Of a stretch of 64,000 bases of DNA, positions 47,784-59,281 are shown piece by piece; position 1 is the stretch's first letter; every line of letters starts with the position of its first letter. The notes below the pieces were generated by a model. It did no database searches. It saw nothing but the letters and a program-made list of their open reading frames with translations, and was not told the origin of the DNA. The translations under genes were made by a program, and so were the position numbers. Source of the stretch: a bacterium (lineage in GTDB: Bacteria; Electryoneota; Electryoneia; Electryoneales; Electryoneaceae); the NCBI GenBank assembly GCA_963669175.1, contig OY769902.1, positions 1,184,001 through 1,248,000 of the forward strand, written 5' to 3'.

Positions 47784-50700
47784 ATGCGACATATTGGTAT
47801 TCTGATTGTTCTACTGCTTGGGTTTGGCTGTGCTGCGAACGCGGGTGATTACTACGTGACTGCTGACGGTTCCGATGGCAACACCGGAACGAGTATCGAA
47901 CAGGCCTGGGCGACGATCACTCACGCGGTGGACAACGTGTTCGGAACCGAAGAGGATCCGGCGGTTATTCACCTGATGATGAGCACATTCAGCCGGGAGA
48001 GCGGAGAAGATTTCCCCATTACCGTGGGAAATGTCGGCTATATCGAGATCATTGGTCTGGCAGCCAACTATTCCATCATTGACGGTTCCGGGGCGCAGTC
48101 GTGGGAAGATTATTACATCTTCGAAGTCGATGGTCCAACCAGCTTTACCATGGACATGATGGGGATTCAGGGGTATCGCGGTGGTATTGAGGTTACCGGG
48201 AATACCGGTGATGTCGTGCTACGGAATCTAAGGTTTCATGATATCTCGCTGAATTCGAGCGGAAATGGCGATCCGGCAATTTACCTGCATGATTTTTCCG
48301 GCGATGTCCGGCTTGACAGCATCTATGTGGACGGCAGTCTTTCCGAAAACGACGGTGGTGTTGTCAATATTGAAAACGTGACCGGTGATGTTTATGTCAC
48401 GTACAATTTCTACGAAGACAACCTGGCTCGCTGGGGCAACGGCGGTGCGTTTTATGTTGAAGACCTGCATGGATCTTTCACGGTGGAAGACTGTGAATTC
48501 ACCGAGTCGCAGGCCCAGGATGACGGCGGCGCGTTTTACTTCGACACAGTGGACGACTCCATCGCCTTCAGCCGGGTAACCTTCCTGAATTCCTATGCCG
48601 AATTCGGCGATGGTGGCGACTGTTACATCGTTGGCGCAGAAGGAAGCGTAACCTTTACCGATATCGATACTGATTCCGCGTTTGCTTTCCACGGCGGCAG
48701 CTCCATCTACATGTCCAATAATGCCGGTGATGTTACGATTGACGGCTACGACGCAGTCTATACCGGCGCCAATGAAGGCAGCGGGAACTACGATGATGGC
48801 GGCACGATTTATATCAAGAACAACGGTCACGACGAGCAGGAAATTGCGGTAACGCTGAATAATATTACAATTGACAAGACAACGGCACGAAACTCCGGCG
48901 GCGCGATTTACCTGAAAAACATCGGTGATCCGGGTAATGGTACCTCCGGGGTGACCCTGAGCGGGATATCCATCAACGATGCGACGGCTGTGTGGAATGA
49001 TGGCGGCGCGATTGCTATTGAAAATGTGGATGGTCCGGTCAGCCTAATCCAGATCGATGTTGCCGATGCTTATGCACACGACAACGGCGGCGCGTTTTAC
49101 CTGAAAGATATTACCGGGCTGTTGACCCTGGCTGATATTACAGTGGAAAACTCCTACAACGAATGGAACAAGGGCGGCGCGTTTTACATCAACGATATCG
49201 GCAACGGTATAGAATCGACCAATGTCACAGTAGATGTGGCGCGATCCTACCATCAGGGCGGTGGTGTCTATATTCTGGACGTTGAGCCCTATGCCACATT
49301 CGACGGCCTCTACATCAACAACTGTGAAACCGTATGGGGTGAAGGAGGCGGAATCTATTTCTACACCAACCCCCAGGTGGACAGCCTGCATTTCAACAAC
49401 CTGGCCCTCTGCGCCAATGTGTCCGGCGATGAAGACGGCGGCGGGATGTACCTGTATACCAATGCCAACAACGTCGAGTTGCTGCTTCTGACCAACTTCA
49501 GCGTGATCGAAAACGAAGCGGGGACCTGGGGTCATGGCGGCGGTCTGTACGTGGATAAGGCTGACACGGTCATCATGAAAAACGGCACCCTGTCGATGAA
49601 TGTATCCGGCAACACCGATCAGTGGTCCGAGTATGACGGTGGCGGGATGTGCGCAAAACGCATTACCAGCCTGCAGATGGATAATGTCGTATTCTGGAAC
49701 AACACCGCCAACGGGAACGGCGGCGGTTTGCTGGCCTATGACATCTACGACGAAATGCACTTGGACAACGTCATTTTCTACGGCAATACTGCAGTTCGTG
49801 AAAGCCAGTGGAGTGAAGGCGAAGGCGGCGGGATTTATTTCGAACGCAACAACGCAGAAGGTCCGGACTATTATATCCGTAACGGTCTTTTCGCGGAGAA
49901 TACAGCACAGCGTAACGGCGGCGCGATTTACATGCGCAAAGGCCAGATTGATATGGTTAGCTGTACCGTGGCCTGGAACAACGCCTGGATCGATTACCCG
50001 TCACTGGGTATGAACAACGCCGGTGAAATTGACGCTTTCAACACCATCATCTGGGGCAATAACGATAGCCACGACGGTGAGGATATCACCTACCGTGAAA
50101 ACCGGATGACGTTCAACTATTGTGATGTGGAACGTAACACCGGCACAGTCAGTGGTCCGGGGAACTTCAATGCTGATCCGCTGTATACCGATACCGGCGA
50201 TTATGATTTCACCATTCAATCCGGAAGTCCCTGTTTTGATACCGGAATGCCCTATGATGCGGGCGATCCCTGGACCGATTACAGCCATGAGCCGGAACCC
50301 AACGGCAACCGTATCAATGTTGGCTACTGGGGCGGCGTGGTTGGCGCGGGCGACTGCTATCACTGCGGTGGTACAGGCACCTGGCCCGGTGGCGGCGGGG
50401 GAAGCGGCGGGTCTGAATCGAAGAAAATCGTGTTGAAAGACAAGTACATCTTCATCGGCACACCCGTAGCCCCGTTTGCGGAAGACTCGCAGGAAAACCC
50501 GGATTCGGCATGGGGAGATGATGTCAACTACACCGATCCCGGATGGCAGGATCAGACCTGGCGCTGGAGCCGTTACACCAACGGCACCGAAAGCGACGAA
50601 GGCACCTTTGTCGGGTACCTGCGTTACGATGAGCCGGACGAAATCGGCCACAGCGGCACCTATGTGGACGCCGGGAATCCACCGGCCATCACTCCTGGCC

Positions 50701-51986
50701 TCGGCTACTGGTTTGTCTGGAATTACGGTATCATCCCGGACGGGCAGACTGTGCCGCCGTTCATCTATATCGATATTCACAAGTACGCGCTGCCACGTGA
50801 ACCCTATGCAGTGCAACTGATCGGTGCAACGGAAGAAGGCGGCTATGGCCTGAACCAGATGGCGAACCCGTTCACCTTCCCGATCAACTGGTCGGACGTG
50901 CTGTTCTCCGATGATCAGCAGACCTGGATCAGCCTGGAAGAAGCCTCGGCAGAACCCTATAACTGGGTGAACCGTTACGCCTATACCTGGAACCACCCCA
51001 ACGGTTATTACGAAGTCCGCTCCGACCGGATTGATCCGTGGGAAGGCTTCTGGGTGGTGACCACATCGACCGATTCCGTCTGGATGCAATTCCAGCCGGA
51101 AGTGTCCGAAGAGTCATTGGATGACAACCTGGATGAACTGGACGAGGTGCTGGACTGGAGCCTGACTCTCACCGCACGCCGTACCGATGCCTTGCAAGTT
51201 GACTACTACAACTGGATCGGGGTTGGGGAAGATGTGGAGAATGGGCTGGACAAGTATGACGCTTTCGAGTTTGCCCCGGTTTCCAGTGAAGCGATTTTCC
51301 TGCGCAGCCGTCTGCTGGATGAAAACAACAACCCGACCGATCGCCTGACCTTCGACTTCCGTGAGAATGATCTGGAAGACGTGGACTACAAGGCATGGCT
51401 GATGGAAGGCTGGTTCTGGCATGATACGTCCATACCGGATGCCGGTCCGGCTTACCCGGTGGATGTGCGCCTGCAATGGCCGACGATCAGCTCAGTGCCG
51501 GAGAATGTGACGCTTCGTCTGTACGACTTTACCGGTGCGCCGTTTGAACCGTCACCGGAAAATGTGCTGGTCGATGATTTGCGTGATGAAAACGAGTACA
51601 TCATCACTTTCGATACGCCGTACCAGAGTAAATATTATTATACCCGTTTCTGGGTTGTCGCCACGACCAACCCGGCCTTGCTGGACGCACCGGAAGAGAA
51701 TGTGAGCGAGCTGCCGTTGACAACTACCCTGAAAGCGGTCAGCCCAAACCCGTTCAACCCGAGCACAACCATTCGCTTCGATGTTGCCCACGCGACTGAT
51801 GTACGGCTGGAAGTGTTCAACCTGCTGGGGCAGCGTGTGGCGGTTCTGGCGGATCGTTCCATGCAGGCAGGACGTCACGAGATCACCTGGAACGCCATGG
51901 ATTATTCCAGCGGCGCCTACTTCATCCGGTTCAACGCACCCCTGGCGGGAGTGAACCAGACGCAGAAGGTTATCCTGATGAAGTAG
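47784..51986 (+). CDS. Large secreted right-handed beta-helix protein with C-terminal sorting domain
   Basis: YYV..DGSDGN.G.S.EQAWATI N-terminus, many GGAIY/GGAFY repeats, SPNPFNP...VILMK. Confidence 0.85.
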   Translation: MRHIGILIVLLLGFGCAANAGDYYVTADGSDGNTGTSIEQAWATITHAVDNVFGTEEDPAVIHLMMSTFSRESGEDFPITVGNVGYIEIIGLAANYSIIDGSGAQSWEDYYIFEVDGPTSFTMDMMGIQGYRGGIEVTGNTGDVVLRNLRFHDISLNSSGNGDPAIYLHDFSGDVRLDSIYVDGSLSENDGGVVNIENVTGDVYVTYNFYEDNLARWGNGGAFYVEDLHGSFTVEDCEFTESQAQDDGGAFYFDTVDDSIAFSRVTFLNSYAEFGDGGDCYIVGAEGSVTFTDIDTDSAFAFHGGSSIYMSNNAGDVTIDGYDAVYTGANEGSGNYDDGGTIYIKNNGHDEQEIAVTLNNITIDKTTARNSGGAIYLKNIGDPGNGTSGVTLSGISINDATAVWNDGGAIAIENVDGPVSLIQIDVADAYAHDNGGAFYLKDITGLLTLADITVENSYNEWNKGGAFYINDIGNGIESTNVTVDVARSYHQGGGVYILDVEPYATFDGLYINNCETVWGEGGGIYFYTNPQVDSLHFNNLALCANVSGDEDGGGMYLYTNANNVELLLLTNFSVIENEAGTWGHGGGLYVDKADTVIMKNGTLSMNVSGNTDQWSEYDGGGMCAKRITSLQMDNVVFWNNTANGNGGGLLAYDIYDEMHLDNVIFYGNTAVRESQWSEGEGGGIYFERNNAEGPDYYIRNGLFAENTAQRNGGAIYMRKGQIDMVSCTVAWNNAWIDYPSLGMNNAGEIDAFNTIIWGNNDSHDGEDITYRENRMTFNYCDVERNTGTVSGPGNFNADPLYTDTGDYDFTIQSGSPCFDTGMPYDAGDPWTDYSHEPEPNGNRINVGYWGGVVGAGDCYHCGGTGTWPGGGGGSGGSESKKIVLKDKYIFIGTPVAPFAEDSQENPDSAWGDDVNYTDPGWQDQTWRWSRYTNGTESDEGTFVGYLRYDEPDEIGHSGTYVDAGNPPAITPGLGYWFVWNYGIIPDGQTVPPFIYIDIHKYALPREPYAVQLIGATEEGGYGLNQMANPFTFPINWSDVLFSDDQQTWISLEEASAEPYNWVNRYAYTWNHPNGYYEVRSDRIDPWEGFWVVTTSTDSVWMQFQPEVSEESLDDNLDELDEVLDWSLTLTARRTDALQVDYYNWIGVGEDVENGLDKYDAFEFAPVSSEAIFLRSRLLDENNNPTDRLTFDFRENDLEDVDYKAWLMEGWFWHDTSIPDAGPAYPVDVRLQWPTISSVPENVTLRLYDFTGAPFEPSPENVLVDDLRDENEYIITFDTPYQSKYYYTRFWVVATTNPALLDAPEENVSELPLTTTLKAVSPNPFNPSTTIRFDVAHATDVRLEVFNLLGQRVAVLADRSMQAGRHEITWNAMDYSSGAYFIRFNAPLAGVNQTQKVILMK

Positions 51987-52045
51987 GAAGTGGACGAAGT
52001 GAAAAAAGCAGGCAGTGAAAAAGGTGAAAAAAGTGTAGATTGTCT

Positions 52046-52076
52046 GGCCCGGGTAATTCATCCGGGTCTTTTCTTT
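52046..52076 (+). terminator. Rho-independent terminator
   Basis: GGCCCGGGT-AATTC-ATCCGGGTC followed by TTTTCTTT. Confidence 0.65.
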
Positions 52077-52280
52077 CCTGTTTAAAAAAGCAAACAGAAG
52101 CAAAATAGAAATATAGCAGTACTCGAAAAAATGTTGCATTATGTCATCCCCTCCCCGAATGTTGTAGTCGGGAATCAACCGGGGATCTCGACGTTTTGCT
52201 GTCCTATGCAACATTTATGCAACCCACTATAATATTTGTAAATCAGGAGGAAAACAACGATGTCAAAGGAAAATGGGAAG

Positions 52281-52868
52281 GGAAAATGGGGACTGCTACA
52301 CTTTTTCGCTTGTGAATATATCGAATATCGTTGACAATATATCATATGGCTGCGCACAAGAATTTTTGCATATTATCGACGAGCACGTTTCGTCAGGTCT
52401 TGACGTGATGCCTTTTTCTTGTTTTTCTCCGTAATTTCAGACATCTGTCCGACTTCACACCTGCTATTTCGCATGATAGATCATCGTCAGGCGTCACGTT
52501 GTGACTTGACGACAGTGAGAGTACCGATACCGGTGGCAGGTCACAACGCGACAATAACAGCACGAGAGGTGGTTTCAGTATCATCGTGTATTCGGGAAAA
52601 CATCGCGAAAGCCGAAAACGGAATGTCGCGTCAAGACCTGCCACAACTTTGCCCGAATGCACAAATTCTTGTGAGGAACCTATCATATTAAGGTAAGAGT
52701 GTTAATTTCCGGGAAAGATGTTGCGAAAAGGTAGCTGTCCCAACATTTTCCCATTCATACGCATGATTCTTCCATATATGGCGAAAAATCTGGTACAGTT
52801 ACCTTTTATTCCAGCATTGGTTCATGTGTTCTACGTTTGTATGATAAAAGGTAACAGTCCCATTTTTC
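52281..52868 (-). repeat. Four-unit REP-like array interrupted by MITE A
   Basis: Inverted homologue of 59282-59519; one unit left of the MITE, three right of it. Confidence 0.8.
52348..52680 (+). mobile_element. 333-bp MITE (family A) with 8-bp TSD
   Basis: TIRs GGCTGCGCACAAGAATTTTTGCA / TGCACAAATTCTTGTGAGGAACC; TATCATAT at 52340-47 and 52681-88. Confidence 0.92.
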
Positions 52869-52877
52869 GCTTCCATA

Positions 52878-53900
52878 CTACTTCTTAAACCGCTTCCGTT
52901 TCACATTCCTGCGTTTCCACCACTTCTTCCGTGCGAGGTCAATTCGTTCGGCAAAAGTGGTCACTACCGGCACCGCCCAGGTCAGAGACAGGCCGACCAT
53001 GGTGCCCGCTAACGCTGCTGCAGCGGTGCTTTCACGCTTCAACAGGGGGCGTGTGGCAAAACCGGTTCCCAGCAGGATAGCGGTGCCCAGCAGGCCACGT
53101 GCGGTCCGTTTTTTCTTGCTGACCGGTTGGTCCAGGTTCAGGCGGAAACGTCCGGACGCATCCGAGCCGACCGCGAGTCCGCCAGCCAGTCCTAACGGGA
53201 ACGCTGCCAAGGGATTTCCGGACAACATTCCGACAATACTGCACGTGTATAGGACGGCAAAACTACGCGCCCCACGTGGTTCACTCGCCCACCATTCACG
53301 GAATTCCGGCTCCACAACAGCTACAGCGGCGGCAGTGGTTGCGCCGATAAGAGCGCCTGCCAGCACATCACGAGGGTAATGCACCCCGAGCTGCCAGCGT
53401 GACCACGGGACAAGAATGGCGAAACTAATCCCGACAACACGCACCCACTGCCGTTTTGCCATCATAGCCAGGTATACCCCGAGGGCAACCGCGTTCTGGG
53501 CGTGACCGCTGGGGAAGGTAAAATCACCCGGCGCAACAAAAGCCAGGCGGTGCATGGCTTCGCGTGGGGGACGGGAATACTTGAACCGTCCTTTGACAAA
53601 CTGGTTGATTACCGTACTGGGGATGATTACCCCGGCAATGGATAGGGCATAATCACGGTCGTAGGAACTGAACACGCCGCCCAGCAGGGAAAAATACATG
53701 ATCTCACTGCCCAGTGCGGCGAAACCCAGGCTGGCGCCATCAAGGAAAGCGTTCCGTTTACGTGATCGTTCAATAATCGATTGCGGGTCCGCCAGCCAGG
53801 GAATAATGTCCCGGCCTTCACGGCGTCCCAACCGAAGCGGATCCTCATCCCATTCGAGAGGCTCGGTACGATCCGAGATATGTAACAGTGGTAGATGCAT
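52878..53900 (-). CDS. PAP2 family phosphatase
   Basis: K......RP, FPSGH, SR..LGVHYP.DV.AG motifs. Confidence 0.93.
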   Translation of the reverse strand: MHLPLLHISDRTEPLEWDEDPLRLGRREGRDIIPWLADPQSIIERSRKRNAFLDGASLGFAALGSEIMYFSLLGGVFSSYDRDYALSIAGVIIPSTVINQFVKGRFKYSRPPREAMHRLAFVAPGDFTFPSGHAQNAVALGVYLAMMAKRQWVRVVGISFAILVPWSRWQLGVHYPRDVLAGALIGATTAAAVAVVEPEFREWWASEPRGARSFAVLYTCSIVGMLSGNPLAAFPLGLAGGLAVGSDASGRFRLNLDQPVSKKKRTARGLLGTAILLGTGFATRPLLKRESTAAAALAGTMVGLSLTWAVPVVTTFAERIDLARKKWWKRRNVKRKRFKK

Positions 53901-54063
53901 GGCACTCGTCAGTCGTTCAACTCGATTGAATATTCAGTATACAAGCGAAATGGGGGTGCAATCAACTCGGGAGGTTTCGCTTCAAGGGAGACTATGAGGG
54001 ACTGGCCGGTCCGTTTGTAAGGTTTATCCTGCACAGGCAAATCAGATTCCACAAGAGGAATTC

Positions 54064-54492
54064 ACAGGATGAACAGGATCAAGAAGGATAAGACAGGATA
54101 AAAGCATGTGTCAGGGAAGAAATAGCGATTCCCATTATTAGTCCGTCATATGGTCATGTGCCATATCAGTGAAATGCCAACTATATTGTTGGAATATAAG
54201 GATATGGAAAAAGGGGACTGCCTCCTTTCCCTGGGGTAAAGCCTTCCTGTTGTGAGCATGGACCGGGAAAGGTGGCTGTACCCTTTTTCTTGTGAGCAGG
54301 CAGGAATTACTCGGAAAAGGGGACAGTTTCCTTTTCCAAAAGCGAGGCGACGGAGTTCAGGTTATGGCGAGAGGAAAAGGATCCCGTCCCCTTTTCCCGG
54401 CAATCTCTATTATGACGGAATAAAATCGAAAACAGCTACATCAAAACAGTTTTGTTTTATCCTTGTAATCCTTTGTATCCTTGGCATCCTGT
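54064..54492. repeat. Composite repeat: inverted (A)GGAT short repeats flanking a four-unit REP-like array
   Basis: AGGAT x4 at 54064-54103, ATCCT x4 at 54455-54492; array 54206-54398 homologous to 60554-60745. Confidence 0.75.
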
Positions 54493-54601
54493 AAATACTT
54501 GCTGAGTGGTTGGGAATGCAGAAGTCGAGAATGCTGAAGAGAAAAGGCCAATCTGCCGATGAGAGATACGAGGCAACAGGCGAAATCGAAACGGAATAGT
54601 C

Positions 54602-55411
54602 ATGCAGCCACTCAGCACCTTCAACATGGTGAACGTGATCGGGACCGCATCACCGGGCGGGCTCTCGTTGAGTACGGATTCTCAACGGAAGTCGCTCGAA
54701 GTGCGTATTGCTGCAGACGAGTATTTTGGATCATCGAAAAATGATGATACCTTGACTGCTGACATCGCCAGCATTTCCGACCAGGCCAAAGAAATGGCAG
54801 CTCGTGCAGAAAGCGCAGGTCTGTCTTCCGAAGAGTTGGAGGAATACGCTGAGATCGCCCAGCAGGTCGAGGATGATGAGGATATCCAGCAGGCACGGAA
54901 GAACCTGGCGACCATCAGGATCGGGGAGAAGGTCTCCCAGGATTTGATGGATAATACGGACAAAGAGCGGATACGTGATCTCGAAGAACGTGACCGCAAG
55001 GTTCGCCAGCGTGAAGAAGCACATGTCCGTGCGGCCGGGTTGCTGGCGTCAGGCGGGCCGAAATACCGTTACGAGATCGGCCCGGACGGCAAACGATACG
55101 CAGTTGAGGGGCATACGGATATCAAGGTGAAAGAGGGCAATACTCCGGAAGAACGTCTCAAGAACGCCAAGCAGGCCGAACGTGCCGCGCAGCAGGGTGG
55201 CGCTGTCACGCCGCAATCCGCAAAAGTACTGGCTGAAGCGCGTGGTGAAGCTCAGAAAGCTCAGCAGGAAATCGAGACGGAACAGAAAGGCGAAGAGCAG
55301 GAATCGTCAAGCTCGCAGCCATTAGTGGATCGTTTCGCGCAGAAAGTCGCCGATACCTACCGTCAACAGGATGACATTCCCTTCCACAAGCAGACCCTGA
55401 AACTGGATTGA
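54602..55411 (+). CDS. SprA-related family protein
   Basis: RDRKVR..EEAH..AAG....GP.Y.Y..GPDGKRYAV.G motif. Confidence 0.8.
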   Translation: MQPLSTFNMVNVIGTASPGGLSLSTDSQRKSLEVRIAADEYFGSSKNDDTLTADIASISDQAKEMAARAESAGLSSEELEEYAEIAQQVEDDEDIQQARKNLATIRIGEKVSQDLMDNTDKERIRDLEERDRKVRQREEAHVRAAGLLASGGPKYRYEIGPDGKRYAVEGHTDIKVKEGNTPEERLKNAKQAERAAQQGGAVTPQSAKVLAEARGEAQKAQQEIETEQKGEEQESSSSQPLVDRFAQKVADTYRQQDDIPFHKQTLKLD

Positions 55412-55415
55412 TCTG

Positions 55416-56051
55416 TCAGCTCTTTCGTTTTAAAACCGCACGCACCGGCGCCCCACAAGCGCCCGCCACTTTCCACGGCAGGCAAATCAAATCGTACCAC
55501 CCCGGTGCTACTTCGCCAAGGTTCAGTCCTTCGACAACAAGAACGTCATTGGAAAGAAGTTTGTAATGCGTTTCGGTTCCTTCATTCTCGTAGAGTTGAA
55601 TGGAGAGATAATCGATTCCCACCAGCTTGATTCCTCGCTCGACAACCCAAGCTGCGCCATCAAGCGTGAGTGCGGCATAGGTGATATCAAAATCCTCGGA
55701 ATCGTTCTGCCATAAGCCTGAATTTGACGTCTTAAAAAGGAGCCGGGTAACTGACGCAGGGATATTAAGCGATTCTAACACTTTCTGATCAATTTTTGTG
55801 ACAGCGGCGGGTATGCCTGCAACAAATGTCTTTCCGATCAGACGGTCCGGTTGAACCTGGTCAATTGTTGTTCCGCCGGGAATGACATGGGCGGGTGCGT
55901 CCATGTGTGTGCCGACATGCAAAGAAGTTGAAATTACAGAGTTTCCAAAATCCTTAGTAGGAGACTCAACGGTTAGTTCCACTCTGTGATCGCCGGGCCA
56001 GACGGGCAAACGGTTGTCAACAGGAACACTGATATCAATCCAACTCGGCAT
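55416..56051 (-). CDS. Cyclase family protein (kynurenine formamidase-like)
   Basis: HVGTHMDAPAH and GIDYLS motifs. Confidence 0.92.
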   Translation of the reverse strand: MPSWIDISVPVDNRLPVWPGDHRVELTVESPTKDFGNSVISTSLHVGTHMDAPAHVIPGGTTIDQVQPDRLIGKTFVAGIPAAVTKIDQKVLESLNIPASVTRLLFKTSNSGLWQNDSEDFDITYAALTLDGAAWVVERGIKLVGIDYLSIQLYENEGTETHYKLLSNDVLVVEGLNLGEVAPGWYDLICLPWKVAGACGAPVRAVLKRKS

Positions 56052-56318
56052 AAACAAGCTCCTTTTCTCTCGAGTGTACCTGAATTCACCTGAAATCGCA
56101 AGCATGTGTAAACAGTCAGGTTTAGCCAGAAAACCAAGTATACTAACCAATAAGGCGATTAGCAAAATCTTGACACGTTATACCCTTGTGCTTATCTTCA
56201 CAAAGTTGTTAAACAGGGTTAACCGTTGGGTTACTGAAAGAATGGACAGATAATAGCAGCAAATGTGTTATCTGATCCAGACTTGGGTATGCAGCTTTCC
56301 ACTCTTCTGGAGGTTTCC

Positions 56319-56942
56319 ATGGCTACGAAACGCGCGGGGGAAATCATGATCCCCCTGGGGGAGTATCCTCATATTCCTCTCCGGTATACGATCAAACAAG
56401 CCGTTGAAGAGATGGAAGCCGCCATGATTGTAAAAAACGGCCGTCATTCTCTTCCCCGAGCCCTCCTGGTGTTTGACCGCGATTATGATCTGGTTGGAAC
56501 CGTACGCCGACGTGATCTGCTACGTACCCTGGAACCCCAATTCCTTCGAAGCCTTCCGGTGCATCATCAGCGGAAACTTTTTGATGTCGAAGCTGATGTG
56601 AACCTGATTGATATCAGTGCGGGACGTATTGCAGATGCAATGCGAGCCAATAGTGAATTGCCTGTGGCAAACTGCGTTCGCCCCATTACGGGAACCTGTA
56701 AGGTCGATGAACACCTTGCCAAGGTCATTTACAAGATGTTCACCTTTGACTTAAACCTGTTGCCTGTTCTGGACAACAAGAACAACGTGATGGGTGTTGT
56801 GCGAAGCGTCGACGTTTTTCATGAAATCGCCAGCATTATCCTTGACGAGATGCCTGAACCTCACTTGCCTCCTTTTTCGAACGAAAAAGGGACTGAGCTT
56901 ACACTCTCCGGTGGCGGTCAACAGGACATAGCCGACGAATAG
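56319..56942 (+). CDS. CBS-domain protein
   Basis: AGEIMIP..EYP, LVG.V.RRDLL, LPVLD....GVVR..DVF; GGAGG RBS. Confidence 0.85.
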   Translation: MATKRAGEIMIPLGEYPHIPLRYTIKQAVEEMEAAMIVKNGRHSLPRALLVFDRDYDLVGTVRRRDLLRTLEPQFLRSLPVHHQRKLFDVEADVNLIDISAGRIADAMRANSELPVANCVRPITGTCKVDEHLAKVIYKMFTFDLNLLPVLDNKNNVMGVVRSVDVFHEIASIILDEMPEPHLPPFSNEKGTELTLSGGGQQDIADE

Positions 56943-56981
56943 TGTTCATAGCACAGATTGCCCGTAACTCCAGGACAGAAC

Positions 56982-58859
56982 ATGGCTAACAACCCGTCGC
57001 ACGATGTGCAGTACCATCCGAGGAAGTTGAAGTTTGACTACAGGCGTTTGTTCTTTATGCTGCTCGGTGTGGTTCTTTTTCTGGTCGTTTATTATTCCCC
57101 TGCCTGGCCGGACGCTGTGGACACCGAAGGCACTCATTATGCCCTGCCACATGAAGGCAAAGCGGCAATCGGGCTGTTTTTCTGGGCTGCAACCTGGTGG
57201 GTTTTTGAAGTTGTGCCCATTGGTGTAACGGCTATCCTGATTGGTGTTATCCAGGCGCTTTTCCTGATCCGGGAACCGAAAACAGCGTTTACCGATTTTA
57301 TGGACCCATCCGTATGGTTCATTTTCGGTTCTGTTGTAATCGGGATGTCCTTTTCTCGTACCGGGTTAACCAAACGGATGGCTTATAAGATGCTCATGCT
57401 GGTCGGTGAAAGAACCAGCATGATCTACCTTGGTTGTTTTGTCATGACAGCCGCGTTGACGCTGATTATGGCACATACGGCTGTTGCGGCGGCGGTTTTC
57501 CCGCTGCTGATGGCGATCTACCAGCTCTATGATCCCAGTGAACGTCCCACCAAATTCGGGAAAGGCCTGTTTATCGGCATGGCCTTTGTCGCAGGCGCCG
57601 GGTCGATTATCACCCTGCTTGGCGCGGCGCGTGGCGCGGTAGCGATCGGGTTTTATGAAGAAATCACCTCGACCATGAACCTGCAGGGACCGGCCAAGAT
57701 ACAGGTAGTGGATATCCTGGAGCCGGAGACATTTGTCACCGATATTAAAACCGGCAGCAATCCCATGGCCTTGAGGATTCAGACTGAGTTGTCGCCCTCT
57801 ACGATTGCCATGTTGAACAACTGGCCCGATGGTACAGAACCTTCAGATACCCTGTTGCAGGGATTGCTCTATGATGTGAACCTGCTTACGAAAAAGGTAA
57901 TCTGCTGTGATTCCCTGTTGTTGACCGGTGAAATGGATTTTGAGCCTGGACTTCTACGGTTGGCAACCATGGGCCATGACGGCCAGGATCTGGTGCGTGT
58001 CAATCGTTTGCTGGTCGAACAATCTTTCCCCGGCGTGATCAAGAGTACCTATACCAAGGTTACTGAAATAACTTTCTTTACCCTGTCGAAGTTCATGTTC
58101 CCGGTTGGTGCGCTCATGACAGTGCTGCTCTGGGTGTACATCATGTTCTATTTCAAACCGGAGCAGAAGACCATCCCGGGGCTTCGAAAACGTGTTGCTG
58201 TGTTGAATGAAAGCCTTGGCCCGATGAGCAGGCAGGAGATTCTGACGCTGATTATCGTAGCGTCTACAATTATCCTGATGAGTTCACGTCAGTTTGTGCC
58301 GGGATTGGACCAGCTTCATAAATCCGGGATTATCCTCTGTTCAACAATCCTGTTCTTCGTATTCAAAATCCTGACCATAGAAGATCTCGAGAATATTCCC
58401 TGGAATATTGTGCTGCTCTTCGGTGGCGCCATGTGTATCGGTTTCTGTTTGTGGCAGACCGAAGCCGCGCAGTGGATCGCTATCAACTGGCTGATCCTGT
58501 TCAAGAGTGCGAGCTGGTTTGTGTTTGTGCTTGGGGTGGCGTTCTTTGTGCTGGTGATGACCAACTTTATAATGAACGTGGCGGCGATTGCGATTGTGCT
58601 TCCGGTGGCGTTGTTCCTGGCGCCGCGTCTGGGCGTTTCTCCGGAAGTGATCATGTTCTCTTCCCTGGTTGCCGCAGGCATGCCGTTCCTGCTGCTGGTG
58701 GGCGCTGCGCCAAACGCGATTGCCTATGAATCCAAACAGTTCACGACCGGTGAGTTCTTTATCGCGGGTGTACCGGCCTCAATTCTGCTGATGGTTGTCA
58801 TCGGCCTGTTTGTCTGGCTGATCTGGCCAATGATGGGAATGCCGGTAACGGTTCCGTGA
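56982..58859 (+). CDS. SLC13/DASS family anion transporter with internal insert
   Basis: WWVFEVVPIGVT, IPWNIVLLFGGA, TNFI.N.AA, GAAPNAIAY motifs. Confidence 0.92.
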   Translation: MANNPSHDVQYHPRKLKFDYRRLFFMLLGVVLFLVVYYSPAWPDAVDTEGTHYALPHEGKAAIGLFFWAATWWVFEVVPIGVTAILIGVIQALFLIREPKTAFTDFMDPSVWFIFGSVVIGMSFSRTGLTKRMAYKMLMLVGERTSMIYLGCFVMTAALTLIMAHTAVAAAVFPLLMAIYQLYDPSERPTKFGKGLFIGMAFVAGAGSIITLLGAARGAVAIGFYEEITSTMNLQGPAKIQVVDILEPETFVTDIKTGSNPMALRIQTELSPSTIAMLNNWPDGTEPSDTLLQGLLYDVNLLTKKVICCDSLLLTGEMDFEPGLLRLATMGHDGQDLVRVNRLLVEQSFPGVIKSTYTKVTEITFFTLSKFMFPVGALMTVLLWVYIMFYFKPEQKTIPGLRKRVAVLNESLGPMSRQEILTLIIVASTIILMSSRQFVPGLDQLHKSGIILCSTILFFVFKILTIEDLENIPWNIVLLFGGAMCIGFCLWQTEAAQWIAINWLILFKSASWFVFVLGVAFFVLVMTNFIMNVAAIAIVLPVALFLAPRLGVSPEVIMFSSLVAAGMPFLLLVGAAPNAIAYESKQFTTGEFFIAGVPASILLMVVIGLFVWLIWPMMGMPVTVP

Positions 58860-59281
58860 TGCTTGACTTGAAGTGGAAGTCTTTCGACCCGGTGATTATC
58901 ACCGGGTTTACTTTTTTCGGCGAGAACGAAACGCCCGATGGTGGGACCGGGCGTTTCCTGCAGGGACAGACGCTCAAAAGATGAGCGGTACCTCGTTACC
59001 CCGTGTAGGGTAACAGGAAGATAGCGAGGCCTTTTTAACAAAACAAGACAAACAATGACGAAAAATCATTTTATGAACTTCTGGAATTCTCTCATGGCGG
59101 GAGTGTTGCGGTCAATTTATAAGGTTCCAGTCCGGATAAAAGGATTTCACCTGCGGAACTCAATGAAAGGAAAGGCAGACCTGGCACTTCGCTATTTGGA
59201 ATGTGAAGAATTGTTTTCGAAAAGTGGGATTACCCGTATTACGCTTATAAAATACCTCGAAAAGTGGATAAGCAGGCGCAT

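Noticed and set aside
53990-54015. GAGGGACTGGCC resembling part of a SAM-I riboswitch
   Set aside because: The other conserved SAM-I elements are absent
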